Shown: positions 7,182-17,559 of the stretch, piece after piece
Position numbering within the stretch: position 1 is the stretch's first letter
Layout of the letters: every line of letters starts with the position of its first letter
Origin: a virus
Direction: 5' to 3' (one strand)
IMG/VR virus record: IMGVR_UViG_3300020421_000007
Location: 1-64,000 of that record
DNA length: 64,000 bases
Position numbers and translations under genes: made by a program
Notes under the pieces: generated by a model
What the model saw: the letters and a program-made list of their open reading frames with translations, nothing else
What the model was told of the DNA's origin: nothing
Database searches by the model: none

Positions 7182-10100
7182 ATGCCTGCTGTAAAGACTA
7201 AGAGAATCTCTACTCTAATCGAGTCACAGCTTCCTGAATTCATTTCTACTGAGTATGAACTTTTTTCAAAGTTTGTACAAAAGTATTATGAAGGACAGGA
7301 GGTACAGGGTGGTCCTCTGGATGTTCTAAGTAACATTCAAAAGTATGCTGATATCGATTATTACGAGAAGTCGCTTCTAAAGCAAAGTGACTCCTTAGTC
7401 TCAAACATTAGCGATAGTGATACCACTATCAATTTAGTAAATGCAGAATCATTTCCAGAGAAAAATGGTTATGTAAGAATTAACGATGAGATTATTTTTT
7501 ACGAGAGTCGTACAGGCACCCAGTTACAGAACTGCTCTAGAGGAGTAAGTGGAAATACTAAACTAGGTGATCTTTATAGTTCTTCTAATTTTACTAGTAC
7601 ATCTGCTTCTTCACACTTTGCTGGGACAGAAGTATTCAATATTAGTAACTTATTTCTGTATGCGTTTGTAAAAAACTTTGAAAATCAATATCTTGGTTCA
7701 TTTCCAGAAAAATATTTAAAGGGCGAAGTAGATAAGAGAACTCTGATTAAGAATATTCAGAAATTCTATAAAGCAAAAGGAACTGATAGTTCCATTAAAT
7801 TCATTTTCAACACCATTGTTGCTACTGATGTAGAGAACAAACCAGAAGTATATCATCCCAGAGAATTTACATACAAATCATCTGAATCCGATTGGATTAA
7901 TGTATATGCTTTAAAGGTAAAGATAGTATCAGGTGATCCAAAAGATTTAATTGGCAAACAAATTGTTCAAACACCATCTGAAGAGTATGGGTATGCTTCT
8001 GCTACTGTAGATAATGTTATTGCTCAAGGAACGATTGATAATGAAGTAATTTGGAATATTGTTGTTGCTCCTGAAACTATCAATGGTATTTTCGGAATCT
8101 CCACAAAAGCAAAATTAGAAAAAGCATTTACATCCACTCTTGGTGTTGGTGATAGAATTAACGTTTCATCTACTATTGGTTGGGATTCCACAGGAGAAAT
8201 CTTAATTGGTGAAGAAGTAATTAAATTTGATGACAAGACAGTAACTCAGTTTATTGTCAGTGAAAGAAATTCTTCAGCATCACATAGTCTTGGAGATTTT
8301 GTATACAAACCTGTTACCATAGAAGGGTCTGGTGTAAAATTACTTACATTGGGAATTGTGTATGATGCTCTACCAGATGATACACAACCATACTCTTTCA
8401 CAGGTGACGCTGTACAGGTATCTAATCCTGGTTTTCAGTCTGCGGACCCAAGAATTGTATTGACTGGTACAAATCAACTCAGATGGATTAAAGACACTGG
8501 AACTTCTGTTACATCTAGTACAAACACCAATGTAGAACAATCTTTGGATGGTGTTTCTAATAATGTCTCTGCTATCTTTGCAGATGATCAATACTACTAT
8601 ATCACATCTTCTAGTTATCCATCATATAACATTTTTGATGGTCCTGTTATTACACAGTCTGTACAGGATCAAAAAATTCTTAGGATTCTTAGAAAAACAC
8701 CAACTGTAACTACTGAAGTTTACGAGACTTCTAAAAGAGATGTTGGAATTTTATTAAATGGTGTACCTATCTATGGATATAAAGATCAAGATAGTATTCG
8801 TTTTGGAAAGTTAGATACAATTCGTGTAGATGATAGAGGTCGTGGATATGTAAATCCTCCATTTGTTATTGTTGATGGTCTTCCTGGAAGAGCAAGAGCA
8901 CAAATGGTTGGTCAAGTTGTTGATAGCATTATCATTGACACTACTATTACGTTTCCTGTAACACCTACTGTAGAAATTACTTCAGGAAGAGATGCTGTTG
9001 CTAAAGCAATTGTTACTGGTGGGGAAGTAACTAGTATTGTTGTAGAAAATCCTGGCAAATTCTATTCTTCTCCACCTATTGTAAGAATTACTGATAAACT
9101 TGGAAAAGGTAGATTTGCTGAATATACTGCAGTAATTGATACAGATGGATCTATTACTAGTTTTGAAAAAATAGCAGGCGGTACGCTATACACCCAACAA
9201 AATATTATGGTAGATATTATTCCTGTGGGAGCAGGTGCTGCTGTAACACCTTTCCTTAAAGAATGGAATAAAAATCGTTTTTCTAAACTATCCACAGTAA
9301 TTGATAAACAATTCGGATATGTTTTTGAAAACATAAACAATGTTTTGGAATATGGTTATGGTCAAATTGCTAATCCAAAAGCACTCAGAGTTCAATTAAA
9401 TGATAACTTAAACTCTGCTGATACAGAACCAGCTGTTAAAACCCATTCTCCTATTCTTGGATTTGCTTATGATGGCAATCCAATCTATGGTCCATTTAGT
9501 TACGAAAATCCACTAGATGTAAGTTCATCAATTGTAAGGATGACTTCTAGTTATTCATTAGTTGGAAATAGACAAGATGGTCCGCCTACAACAAAATATC
9601 CTCTTGGGTCATTCGTAAATGATTACGTTTATACTCATAAAAGTGGTTCTCTAGATGAAAACAATGGACGATTCTGTATTACCCCAGATTTCCCAGAAGG
9701 AACTTATGCTTATTTCATTACTATTGATAGCAATCAAGTACCGCAATTCCCATATGTTGTAGGAAAAAATTATTATTCTCTACCAGTAGATAGTAATTAC
9801 AATTCTAATATTAATCAAAACGATATTCCAAAAAATGCTAAGAGATTTTTCTCTGCGGGTATGCTTGGAAATGGTGATGGTTTAGTTGCTACTATTTCAG
9901 AAGTTAAATCTGGTACAGTAGATAAAATTGCTGTTGATGGTTCTTCCAATAACTTCTCAGTTAATTGCCAATTATATTTTGATAATCAAGGAACTCAAGG
10001 AAAGGATGCTTCTGCTTTGGTTTCTTCGGTTACGGGAAAACCCGTTAACTACTTACAAAGTAAAGAAGATAAAGTTGTAAAACTAACCACAATTCAAAAT

Positions 10101-13100
10101 GCTTTCTTGTTTGTAGATGATACATTAAGACAACCATCATCTGCTGCATCTGGTACTATTGTAGGTACAGTTCAAAATGATAACGTCATTGTCTTAAAAG
10201 ATGTTGTAGGAACGTTCGATAATACTGGAACTTTCTCTGCTGATATCAAAACTTTTATTCTTACTATTGATCAAGATAGTTCTTATACCAAAGGAGCTAC
10301 TCTAAGTTTAACTGATGGTGTAAATCCACCAATCGCTACTGCTGAAATTTTAGAAGGGACTAGTAGACAGAACACTGTTACTATTAAAGTATTAACAGGA
10401 ACATGGATTATTGACGATGATTATTACATTCAATCGGATAACCTATTCAACACATCGGGATCTAAAATTATAACCTTAGTTTCTCTAAGTGACAACTTAG
10501 AACCATTTGAAGTAAATCAAAGTGTTGCTTTAATAGAAACTACTGAAAATCATGGTTTGGCAATTGGAGATACTGTTGACATTAGTATTTTCCCAGATGA
10601 TGTTACTAAAACTAAAAATTATTACCTACGAAAGAGATTATATCAACAGGTAACTTTCAAGGCACCATCAAACACATCCACAATTAATTTTGATGGTATT
10701 GGTAGATTTACCATTCTAAATGGTGGAGCAGATTATACTGAAGATGTTTATACTGATGTTCCATTAACTGGTGGTACAGGATCTGGTGCTAAAGCAACTA
10801 TATCTGTGTCTAGTATTGGTGTTGTCAATAACATTGTATTGACAGATCCAGGAACTGGATATAGAAGAGGTGATTACTTAGGTGTAGATGATGATCAACT
10901 ACAAAGATCTGGTGCTTCTTTAAGTTCTTCTAGACTAGCACTATACATCGATCATTCAGGTATTTCTTTTGACGCATCAGAGATTAAAGTTAAAACTGCA
11001 AAGGGATTTGCTGAAGGAGACCTAGTATCGATTGGTTCAGAAATTGTAGAAATTACTGCTATCAATGATACTGTTCTTACTGTTACCAGGGGAAAAGAAG
11101 GAACAGTTGCTGTGGATCATTACAATGGCGGATCACTGTCATTGTATAAACCAAAATACAATTTTTCAAATAATTTTAAAATTACCAATACTAATGGTAG
11201 TGGATATATTCAATCATATGATTTAGACACCCAAACTGCTGTAATTGTATTTGATTACAGTATTGGTAAGCGAGAGTCAGAACCATTAACTTTAAGTTCT
11301 GTTTTCTTTGATGAAAGTAGTCAAGAGAGATTAGTATCAGTAGTTTCTGCTGGAAACATCGATTTTAAATTTGAATTTTCTGAAGATAACAGTACATTTA
11401 CCCCCAATCCAAATATTGAAATTCAAGAGTTTTACAAATATACTTTTGATACTTCACACTCTTCATTAACTGGAACATATTTTGATATGAGTCCTAGTAA
11501 GAGTTTTAATCTTTTAACTTTAGAAAAAGTTGCGACAACTATTTTACCAGGAAACTCTGGTGCATCAACTTCAGTTAAATTTGGATTTGGTCCTAGATTA
11601 ACACAAAATCTTTATGACAATAAAGAAGGAACAAATTTCTCTAATTTCTATTACTTTGATAAAAATGGCATTGTAAATTCAGAGGGTGCTTTCTTTGAAA
11701 TTATTACAGATCCACTACAAGGAACAAAAACACTCAATTATGTAACTCCAAATAGATTTGTATACAATATTACCAAAACACCACTATGGGATGGTTCTGG
11801 TTCTATCTCATATACTACCAGTGGACAGTTTGCTGTTGGAGAGATCAACGATATTAATATCACAAATTTAGGACAGAATTACAAAAAAGTTCCTCTTGTC
11901 ATTGGTTGTGATCCTTCGGAACCATTTAGAGGAAGTGCTACAGTTCTATTTGATACAGCAACAAACATTATTACTGGTATTGATATCGATAACATTGGAT
12001 CTAATTATGTAAATCCAAAAGTTGTTATTGTAGACGGTGATGGAACTGGAGCACAGTTTACAGCAACTCAGCGTAATGGTGAGTTATTTTCTATAATTGT
12101 AGATAATCCTGGGTTTGGATATACCTACGCTCCACAAATAAAAATTATTGAATCTGCTGTTAGTTTGTATTCAGAGAGTAACAGTATTGGCATTCCCCAA
12201 AGTGTTAGGATTATCAATAATGGTGCTGGATATCACTTAGATAAAACAGTAGCATCTGATGTTACTTCAAAGTATACACTAGCATTAAAATCTTTCTCTG
12301 GACAATATCAAAAAGGTGAATTACTAACACAATCAATTAATGGCGTAGAAGTTTCGAGAGCAGTAGTATCAGAATACAGAAATGGTTCTAATTTACTCAA
12401 GATCGAAAAAGTAACTGGTATTATTAGAGAAAATGTTGCTATTATTGGTTATATTTCTGGTGCTTCTGGTGTAGTTAAAAAAGCGTATATTACTACATTC
12501 AATACTACAACGGCATCAACGTATGACAATCTTGGATTCTACACTTCCGACAAAGGAAGACTTGGTGTATCCAATCAAAAACTTACTGACAGTTTCTTCT
12601 ATCAAGATTATTCATATGTTGTAAAGTCCAAGACATCTATTGAGCAGTGGAGAGACCTTATCAAGTCTACCACACACCCTGCTGGATTTAAATTATTTGG
12701 ACAAGTTGATGTTGAAACAAGTGCTAATTCTGAGATGCCATCTGTTATTAAAAAAGCAGATAGTTTCTCAATTATTCAACTCTGGAATCCAGAGAAAAAC
12801 AAAATTACGGTAGAGAGCACTAAACAAGTAACAACTCAAACTATCCAGTCTATTGAAAACACCAGAATACGCGATGGTCAAGGATCTGCTGCTACATCAG
12901 AGTTTAATTTCAATGAGACTCGTGCATTTGAATTTACACTCTCTGCTCCTTTTGATGGATATTTTGATACTGATGGTAGGTTACAAGGTACAACTGTTTT
13001 CCAAGTATTGGATAACACAGGATCTCCTTTCACTCCTATTAGTGCCGAAAGTTTAATTGTTACTCTTGATGGTATCTTACAGGAACCTGGGGTAGCATAT

Positions 13101-16100
13101 ACAGTAAGTGGTGATACTATTGTTTTTAGCGCACCTCCATTAGGTTCAGGAACAAAATTAACTGGAAATAGTCTTACTGATGTATCTCCATATAATGGAA
13201 CAAAATTTGTTGGCAGACATTTCTACTTCAAAGATAATCAGTATAACACTCGATACATTAAGAAACTTAGAAATATTTTCCAGAGAGGTGGCACATGGAT
13301 AGATGCTGCTAATCAGATTGATAGGAATAGACAGTTTATTATTGAAGAATCTATTGGATATGGAAAACAGTATTACAGTTCTTTAGATTGGAGCACAAAA
13401 CTAGATGATTATACACTGGATATTGGTTATATTCTTGATGCTTATCAACATGATTTGAGATTTGGTGGAAATAGTAAAGTTATTGATTATGCTAACATTT
13501 TTGCTAATGGTTCTAAGTATATTACCGACAACAAAACAGAGTCTCTGTCTATTTTCAGATATGCTACAAATTTAGCAAACCTAGCAATTATTAATTGGGA
13601 TTATGTAGAGCAATCAGTTGTTTTCTTCCAAGGTTCTACTGAAGTTAGAGTAGCTGATACCGATAGGATTGCTATTGGCATGACTATCAGTGCTGGAAAA
13701 GCATTTAGTCCAAATACTATTGTTGTTTCTATTGATAGTAAAACAAAATTAACACTTTCAAAACCAGCTTTAGCAAATGCTGGTGGTGGTGGCGGTGCAT
13801 CAGCAGGAGTTACATATTTGAATGGAACTACCAGTGGCAATGAAGTTTTACCATCTAGTACAGGTGCCGTATTGCCAGGAAATCAATATTCTGTAAATCC
13901 AGGAGATACAGTACAAGTTCCTACATCATTCGCTTCTACTGACAGTGCTACATTCTACTTTAGTGGAATCAATAATGGAACTTACTACGATGCTTCAAAT
14001 CTAATTAACAACAATAAAGCATATTTACAAGAAGAAGTAAGTGAATTTGTATATGCTAACTATGCTCTACCATCATCGGATAAAGCAAAGTGTGCTAGAG
14101 ATATTGGAATTCTAGTTGATAATGTTGTCTACCATTTGAGATTTGGTGGAAATGCTAAATTAGTTGAATTCGCTCAATTGTATTATACCAATCGTGGATA
14201 TCCTTATGGAGAAGAATTAACTTATCTAAATGGATTGGAAATTACAGCAGCAAATGCAGCATGGGATAGATTAAAGGATCTCATGGTTCTCGCAATGCGA
14301 AATACTTTGGGAACGGGAACTTATACTAACATAAATCCATATACTGATAATACAGTTTTTACTGATACTGATTTCCCAGTTTGCGCTGAAGTTGAGTCAT
14401 CTATCGACACAATGATCAGCATTGTTAAAGATATTATTGCTAAAGGAACTGGTGTAGTAGAAGTTGTAAATATCAATCCAAACAAATCTGGTTATTGGTC
14501 TGCTACTCTTACATATTCAAATTACAACATTTTACCAGATCCATTAATCCCAGACTCAGAATGTGCAGATGTAATTTCGTCTGTAAATTCTCTATACAAT
14601 AATCTGGATGATATTTTAAATGAGTTGGAAGTTGCTAGGGCACTACCAGATTACATTGATGGTGAGACTAAAGAATTTGAATTATATTGGCAAGATGGTT
14701 CTTCAGTTGTTACAGAACCTGATGAAAATTTCTTACTATCATTAAACGCTGTACTACAAGAAACTAAGTACAATGCTTCATATCCAGGTGATGACTCATA
14801 TTACATTGACAGAACTGTAGTTCCCAACAAATTAGTATTTGATGTTGCTCCTATCTGGGATCAATATGCTGGAGCAAGAACTCTAGGAGAACCAACTGCA
14901 GTTGAAAAAGTTGTAGGTACTGGTGTTGGTAATTACAAGAGAATGACTCTTGATAAGAATTTAATTAACAATGTTAGAACTGGTCCTTTCTTAATTTTAG
15001 ATTTAGAAGATTTAACTGTTGCCAATATTGAAGAACCTGCTTATTTCTTAGTATTCATCGATGGAGTGCTTCAGAAAAGTGGTGAATCATACACTGTGTC
15101 TGGTCCAAACATTTTCTTTAACTTCCCAATTACAGAACAAATGAATGTTGACATGAGATACCTATATGGTAGAAATGTCGGACAAATTTTAAATCTGTAT
15201 GATTTCAATGTAGATAACTACTATGCTAATGGTACAGTTTCTCTACAAACTACATTTGGTATCCCTGAGTTCTTGAGTAGGAACTGGATGGGTATTAGAA
15301 GAGGAGATAGAATTCAAGCATATCAATATGGAAATTCCACCACATACAATGTAATTGGTGAAGTTTATGATATCTCTAGTAATGGAAACACATTAAATTT
15401 CCGTATATTTGGAAACAAGTGTGAGATAATTCAAGGTAGAGATGTTTACTTTGCTGTTGTTGGAAGATATGAAAGTGTGTATACTATTGTTGGATTAGAT
15501 TCCTCTGGGTCTAGTATAACATACGAAACTGATGCTGACAACAGAATTCTCGTAAGAGGAAGTGAAACATGGCGCGGTACACTTTTAAGAAAGACATACA
15601 AAAATCCTTTTATAAACTTATCAAATAATACTTTAATTAAGGTTGATGGAGAAGATAGTTTTAGACGAGTAAAAGAACTTCCATCAGATTTAGTTGCTAA
15701 AGAACAAAGACCACAAGAACAGTTATCAAATAATTTCTTTGGTCAAGTTGAAGTTGAAGCATACAATGGTGTTACTAGAGGTGAAGGTCTTTCTATTGTT
15801 GCTACCATTGAAAATGGTTCTGTTGTAAAACTTGATTGGAACAAACGTAGTTATGATCCTATTACACAACCAACTGCATATCAATACTATACCCCACCTG
15901 TAATTAACTTCATTCCAGAAAATGGAGAAGGTGGTGGTGCTAGAGCAGCAGTTATTGTTAGTAAGGGACAAGTAATCAGTGTTGAATTAATTTCTGGTGG
16001 TTCTGGTTATACCAAAGCACCAAAAGTAGTTGTTGCTAGAAGATATAAGATATTCAAAGAAACTGATATTGGTGTTTCTTTAATTAATGCTTCAATTAAT

Positions 16101-17498
16101 ATTAAAGAAAGTGTAGGAGTAACTGTAGTATCAGAAATTTCTGTTCTTGGTAATCAAATTGAAGGTATCAATACATTTACTTCAGTTCTATTTGATAGTC
16201 CAGTTGATTCTGATAGAGATATCATCTCAATAGTTCAAACAGGAGAACTTAATGTAGTTGATGGAAATTCAACTATGCCAGTTGGCACTGATCAACCAGA
16301 CGGTGCTCAAATTGTTTATATTGAACCAGAACCTGTTGAGATTGAGGGTGAAGGTGGAGCATTACGGATCCAGGATAATCAAACGATTCTTTCGGTCAAG
16401 ATTAATAGTATTCTTACTACAAATTCTATTTCTACAGTAAGTAGAGAGATAACATCTGGTATCAACCCAGATGTTATTCAGAACACTGCTCTATCTAATA
16501 TTAACTACTACCAGGTTGGTGCATTCTTGGATGCTCCTTTGGATGCTGGTGATACTATCATTTACGTTGGAAATACAGACAAATTTAGTACAAATGGTTA
16601 CTTATTAATCGGTACAGAAATTGTCAGGTATCTACGTAAGATCAATGATCGTTTCTTAAGCGTACAAAGAGGACAAAAGAATACCACAGATCAGAATTGG
16701 AATGCTGGAACGTTCCTGAGACAGATTCCAGATCCAGTATCTATCGCATACGCTGGTGTTGCGGTTGTTGAATCTGAGTCTCAACTTGTTACTGTAAAAG
16801 GTGGTGCTGCTGTTGGCATAACCCAGAGAGAAACTGAATATCAAATTGAAGTTCAGGATCTATCCCCAAGAAAAGATAAGTTAGAATTCCTTAGAATTCC
16901 ACCTCCAAGTGGAGTAATTGATGGTTATCAAGAAAGTGTACTTATTAACGATCCAGTTCAAACTAGATTGAATGGTCTTGTAGATCTACTTGATGATTAT
17001 GGTGTTGTACAACGTGATGGAACTATTATCTACGCCAGAAACCAGGTATTCCAGAATAGCGTATTCTATATTGGAGATTATACCACAACAAATGCTGGTC
17101 ACACCATTAGTCACTTTGATGGTATATTTGATGATGGTGCTTGTAATGTTTCAGCAATGACTCTTGCCGAATTGGAGACATATTTCCCCGCGTTAGGCAT
17201 TCGTGATTTTGAACTAAGAAAAGATTCTACTTTCACACTTGCTGGAGACAAACTTACATTAACTCCACCATCTATACAGAATCCAGTTTCTATATCTGCT
17301 GGTTCTCAATCAATTTCTGTTGGGACAGTAAACGTACAAAAAACTACTTTCTTCCCATCAGAAGGTCATTTATTTACAAGTGATGGAACTTTAATTAAAT
17401 ACACCAGTAAAACATCTACTTCATTTGAAGGATGTACTGTTGTTAGTGGACCAGCAAACATCACACTAAATGCTGAAATTGTACCGTTTATAAAGTAA
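7182..17498 (+). CDS. gp7: Giant baseplate wedge initiator gp7 (3438 aa) with YHYH, GxGY beta-repeat and phycobiliprotein-like insertions
   Basis: Lies between gp6 and gp8; QLPEF, FYKAKGT..S..F.F and QDYSYVVKS...HPAGFKLFG motifs. Confidence 0.88.
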   Translation: MPAVKTKRISTLIESQLPEFISTEYELFSKFVQKYYEGQEVQGGPLDVLSNIQKYADIDYYEKSLLKQSDSLVSNISDSDTTINLVNAESFPEKNGYVRINDEIIFYESRTGTQLQNCSRGVSGNTKLGDLYSSSNFTSTSASSHFAGTEVFNISNLFLYAFVKNFENQYLGSFPEKYLKGEVDKRTLIKNIQKFYKAKGTDSSIKFIFNTIVATDVENKPEVYHPREFTYKSSESDWINVYALKVKIVSGDPKDLIGKQIVQTPSEEYGYASATVDNVIAQGTIDNEVIWNIVVAPETINGIFGISTKAKLEKAFTSTLGVGDRINVSSTIGWDSTGEILIGEEVIKFDDKTVTQFIVSERNSSASHSLGDFVYKPVTIEGSGVKLLTLGIVYDALPDDTQPYSFTGDAVQVSNPGFQSADPRIVLTGTNQLRWIKDTGTSVTSSTNTNVEQSLDGVSNNVSAIFADDQYYYITSSSYPSYNIFDGPVITQSVQDQKILRILRKTPTVTTEVYETSKRDVGILLNGVPIYGYKDQDSIRFGKLDTIRVDDRGRGYVNPPFVIVDGLPGRARAQMVGQVVDSIIIDTTITFPVTPTVEITSGRDAVAKAIVTGGEVTSIVVENPGKFYSSPPIVRITDKLGKGRFAEYTAVIDTDGSITSFEKIAGGTLYTQQNIMVDIIPVGAGAAVTPFLKEWNKNRFSKLSTVIDKQFGYVFENINNVLEYGYGQIANPKALRVQLNDNLNSADTEPAVKTHSPILGFAYDGNPIYGPFSYENPLDVSSSIVRMTSSYSLVGNRQDGPPTTKYPLGSFVNDYVYTHKSGSLDENNGRFCITPDFPEGTYAYFITIDSNQVPQFPYVVGKNYYSLPVDSNYNSNINQNDIPKNAKRFFSAGMLGNGDGLVATISEVKSGTVDKIAVDGSSNNFSVNCQLYFDNQGTQGKDASALVSSVTGKPVNYLQSKEDKVVKLTTIQNAFLFVDDTLRQPSSAASGTIVGTVQNDNVIVLKDVVGTFDNTGTFSADIKTFILTIDQDSSYTKGATLSLTDGVNPPIATAEILEGTSRQNTVTIKVLTGTWIIDDDYYIQSDNLFNTSGSKIITLVSLSDNLEPFEVNQSVALIETTENHGLAIGDTVDISIFPDDVTKTKNYYLRKRLYQQVTFKAPSNTSTINFDGIGRFTILNGGADYTEDVYTDVPLTGGTGSGAKATISVSSIGVVNNIVLTDPGTGYRRGDYLGVDDDQLQRSGASLSSSRLALYIDHSGISFDASEIKVKTAKGFAEGDLVSIGSEIVEITAINDTVLTVTRGKEGTVAVDHYNGGSLSLYKPKYNFSNNFKITNTNGSGYIQSYDLDTQTAVIVFDYSIGKRESEPLTLSSVFFDESSQERLVSVVSAGNIDFKFEFSEDNSTFTPNPNIEIQEFYKYTFDTSHSSLTGTYFDMSPSKSFNLLTLEKVATTILPGNSGASTSVKFGFGPRLTQNLYDNKEGTNFSNFYYFDKNGIVNSEGAFFEIITDPLQGTKTLNYVTPNRFVYNITKTPLWDGSGSISYTTSGQFAVGEINDINITNLGQNYKKVPLVIGCDPSEPFRGSATVLFDTATNIITGIDIDNIGSNYVNPKVVIVDGDGTGAQFTATQRNGELFSIIVDNPGFGYTYAPQIKIIESAVSLYSESNSIGIPQSVRIINNGAGYHLDKTVASDVTSKYTLALKSFSGQYQKGELLTQSINGVEVSRAVVSEYRNGSNLLKIEKVTGIIRENVAIIGYISGASGVVKKAYITTFNTTTASTYDNLGFYTSDKGRLGVSNQKLTDSFFYQDYSYVVKSKTSIEQWRDLIKSTTHPAGFKLFGQVDVETSANSEMPSVIKKADSFSIIQLWNPEKNKITVESTKQVTTQTIQSIENTRIRDGQGSAATSEFNFNETRAFEFTLSAPFDGYFDTDGRLQGTTVFQVLDNTGSPFTPISAESLIVTLDGILQEPGVAYTVSGDTIVFSAPPLGSGTKLTGNSLTDVSPYNGTKFVGRHFYFKDNQYNTRYIKKLRNIFQRGGTWIDAANQIDRNRQFIIEESIGYGKQYYSSLDWSTKLDDYTLDIGYILDAYQHDLRFGGNSKVIDYANIFANGSKYITDNKTESLSIFRYATNLANLAIINWDYVEQSVVFFQGSTEVRVADTDRIAIGMTISAGKAFSPNTIVVSIDSKTKLTLSKPALANAGGGGGASAGVTYLNGTTSGNEVLPSSTGAVLPGNQYSVNPGDTVQVPTSFASTDSATFYFSGINNGTYYDASNLINNNKAYLQEEVSEFVYANYALPSSDKAKCARDIGILVDNVVYHLRFGGNAKLVEFAQLYYTNRGYPYGEELTYLNGLEITAANAAWDRLKDLMVLAMRNTLGTGTYTNINPYTDNTVFTDTDFPVCAEVESSIDTMISIVKDIIAKGTGVVEVVNINPNKSGYWSATLTYSNYNILPDPLIPDSECADVISSVNSLYNNLDDILNELEVARALPDYIDGETKEFELYWQDGSSVVTEPDENFLLSLNAVLQETKYNASYPGDDSYYIDRTVVPNKLVFDVAPIWDQYAGARTLGEPTAVEKVVGTGVGNYKRMTLDKNLINNVRTGPFLILDLEDLTVANIEEPAYFLVFIDGVLQKSGESYTVSGPNIFFNFPITEQMNVDMRYLYGRNVGQILNLYDFNVDNYYANGTVSLQTTFGIPEFLSRNWMGIRRGDRIQAYQYGNSTTYNVIGEVYDISSNGNTLNFRIFGNKCEIIQGRDVYFAVVGRYESVYTIVGLDSSGSSITYETDADNRILVRGSETWRGTLLRKTYKNPFINLSNNTLIKVDGEDSFRRVKELPSDLVAKEQRPQEQLSNNFFGQVEVEAYNGVTRGEGLSIVATIENGSVVKLDWNKRSYDPITQPTAYQYYTPPVINFIPENGEGGGARAAVIVSKGQVISVELISGGSGYTKAPKVVVARRYKIFKETDIGVSLINASINIKESVGVTVVSEISVLGNQIEGINTFTSVLFDSPVDSDRDIISIVQTGELNVVDGNSTMPVGTDQPDGAQIVYIEPEPVEIEGEGGALRIQDNQTILSVKINSILTTNSISTVSREITSGINPDVIQNTALSNINYYQVGAFLDAPLDAGDTIIYVGNTDKFSTNGYLLIGTEIVRYLRKINDRFLSVQRGQKNTTDQNWNAGTFLRQIPDPVSIAYAGVAVVESESQLVTVKGGAAVGITQRETEYQIEVQDLSPRKDKLEFLRIPPPSGVIDGYQESVLINDPVQTRLNGLVDLLDDYGVVQRDGTIIYARNQVFQNSVFYIGDYTTTNAGHTISHFDGIFDDGACNVSAMTLAELETYFPALGIRDFELRKDSTFTLAGDKLTLTPPSIQNPVSISAGSQSISVGTVNVQKTTFFPSEGHLFTSDGTLIKYTSKTSTSFEGCTVVSGPANITLNAEIVPFIK

Positions 17499-17522
17499 TA
17501 AATATCGGTATAAATATAAATA
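17498..17522 (+). promoter_or_regulatory. Cluster of three late promoter cores upstream of gp8
   Basis: ATAAATA 17498-17504, TATAAATA 17509-17516, overlapping TATAAATA 17515-17522. Confidence 0.75.
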
Positions 17523-17559
17523 ACTCAGGCACAAATCACAACGTCGGATAAAGAAACCC

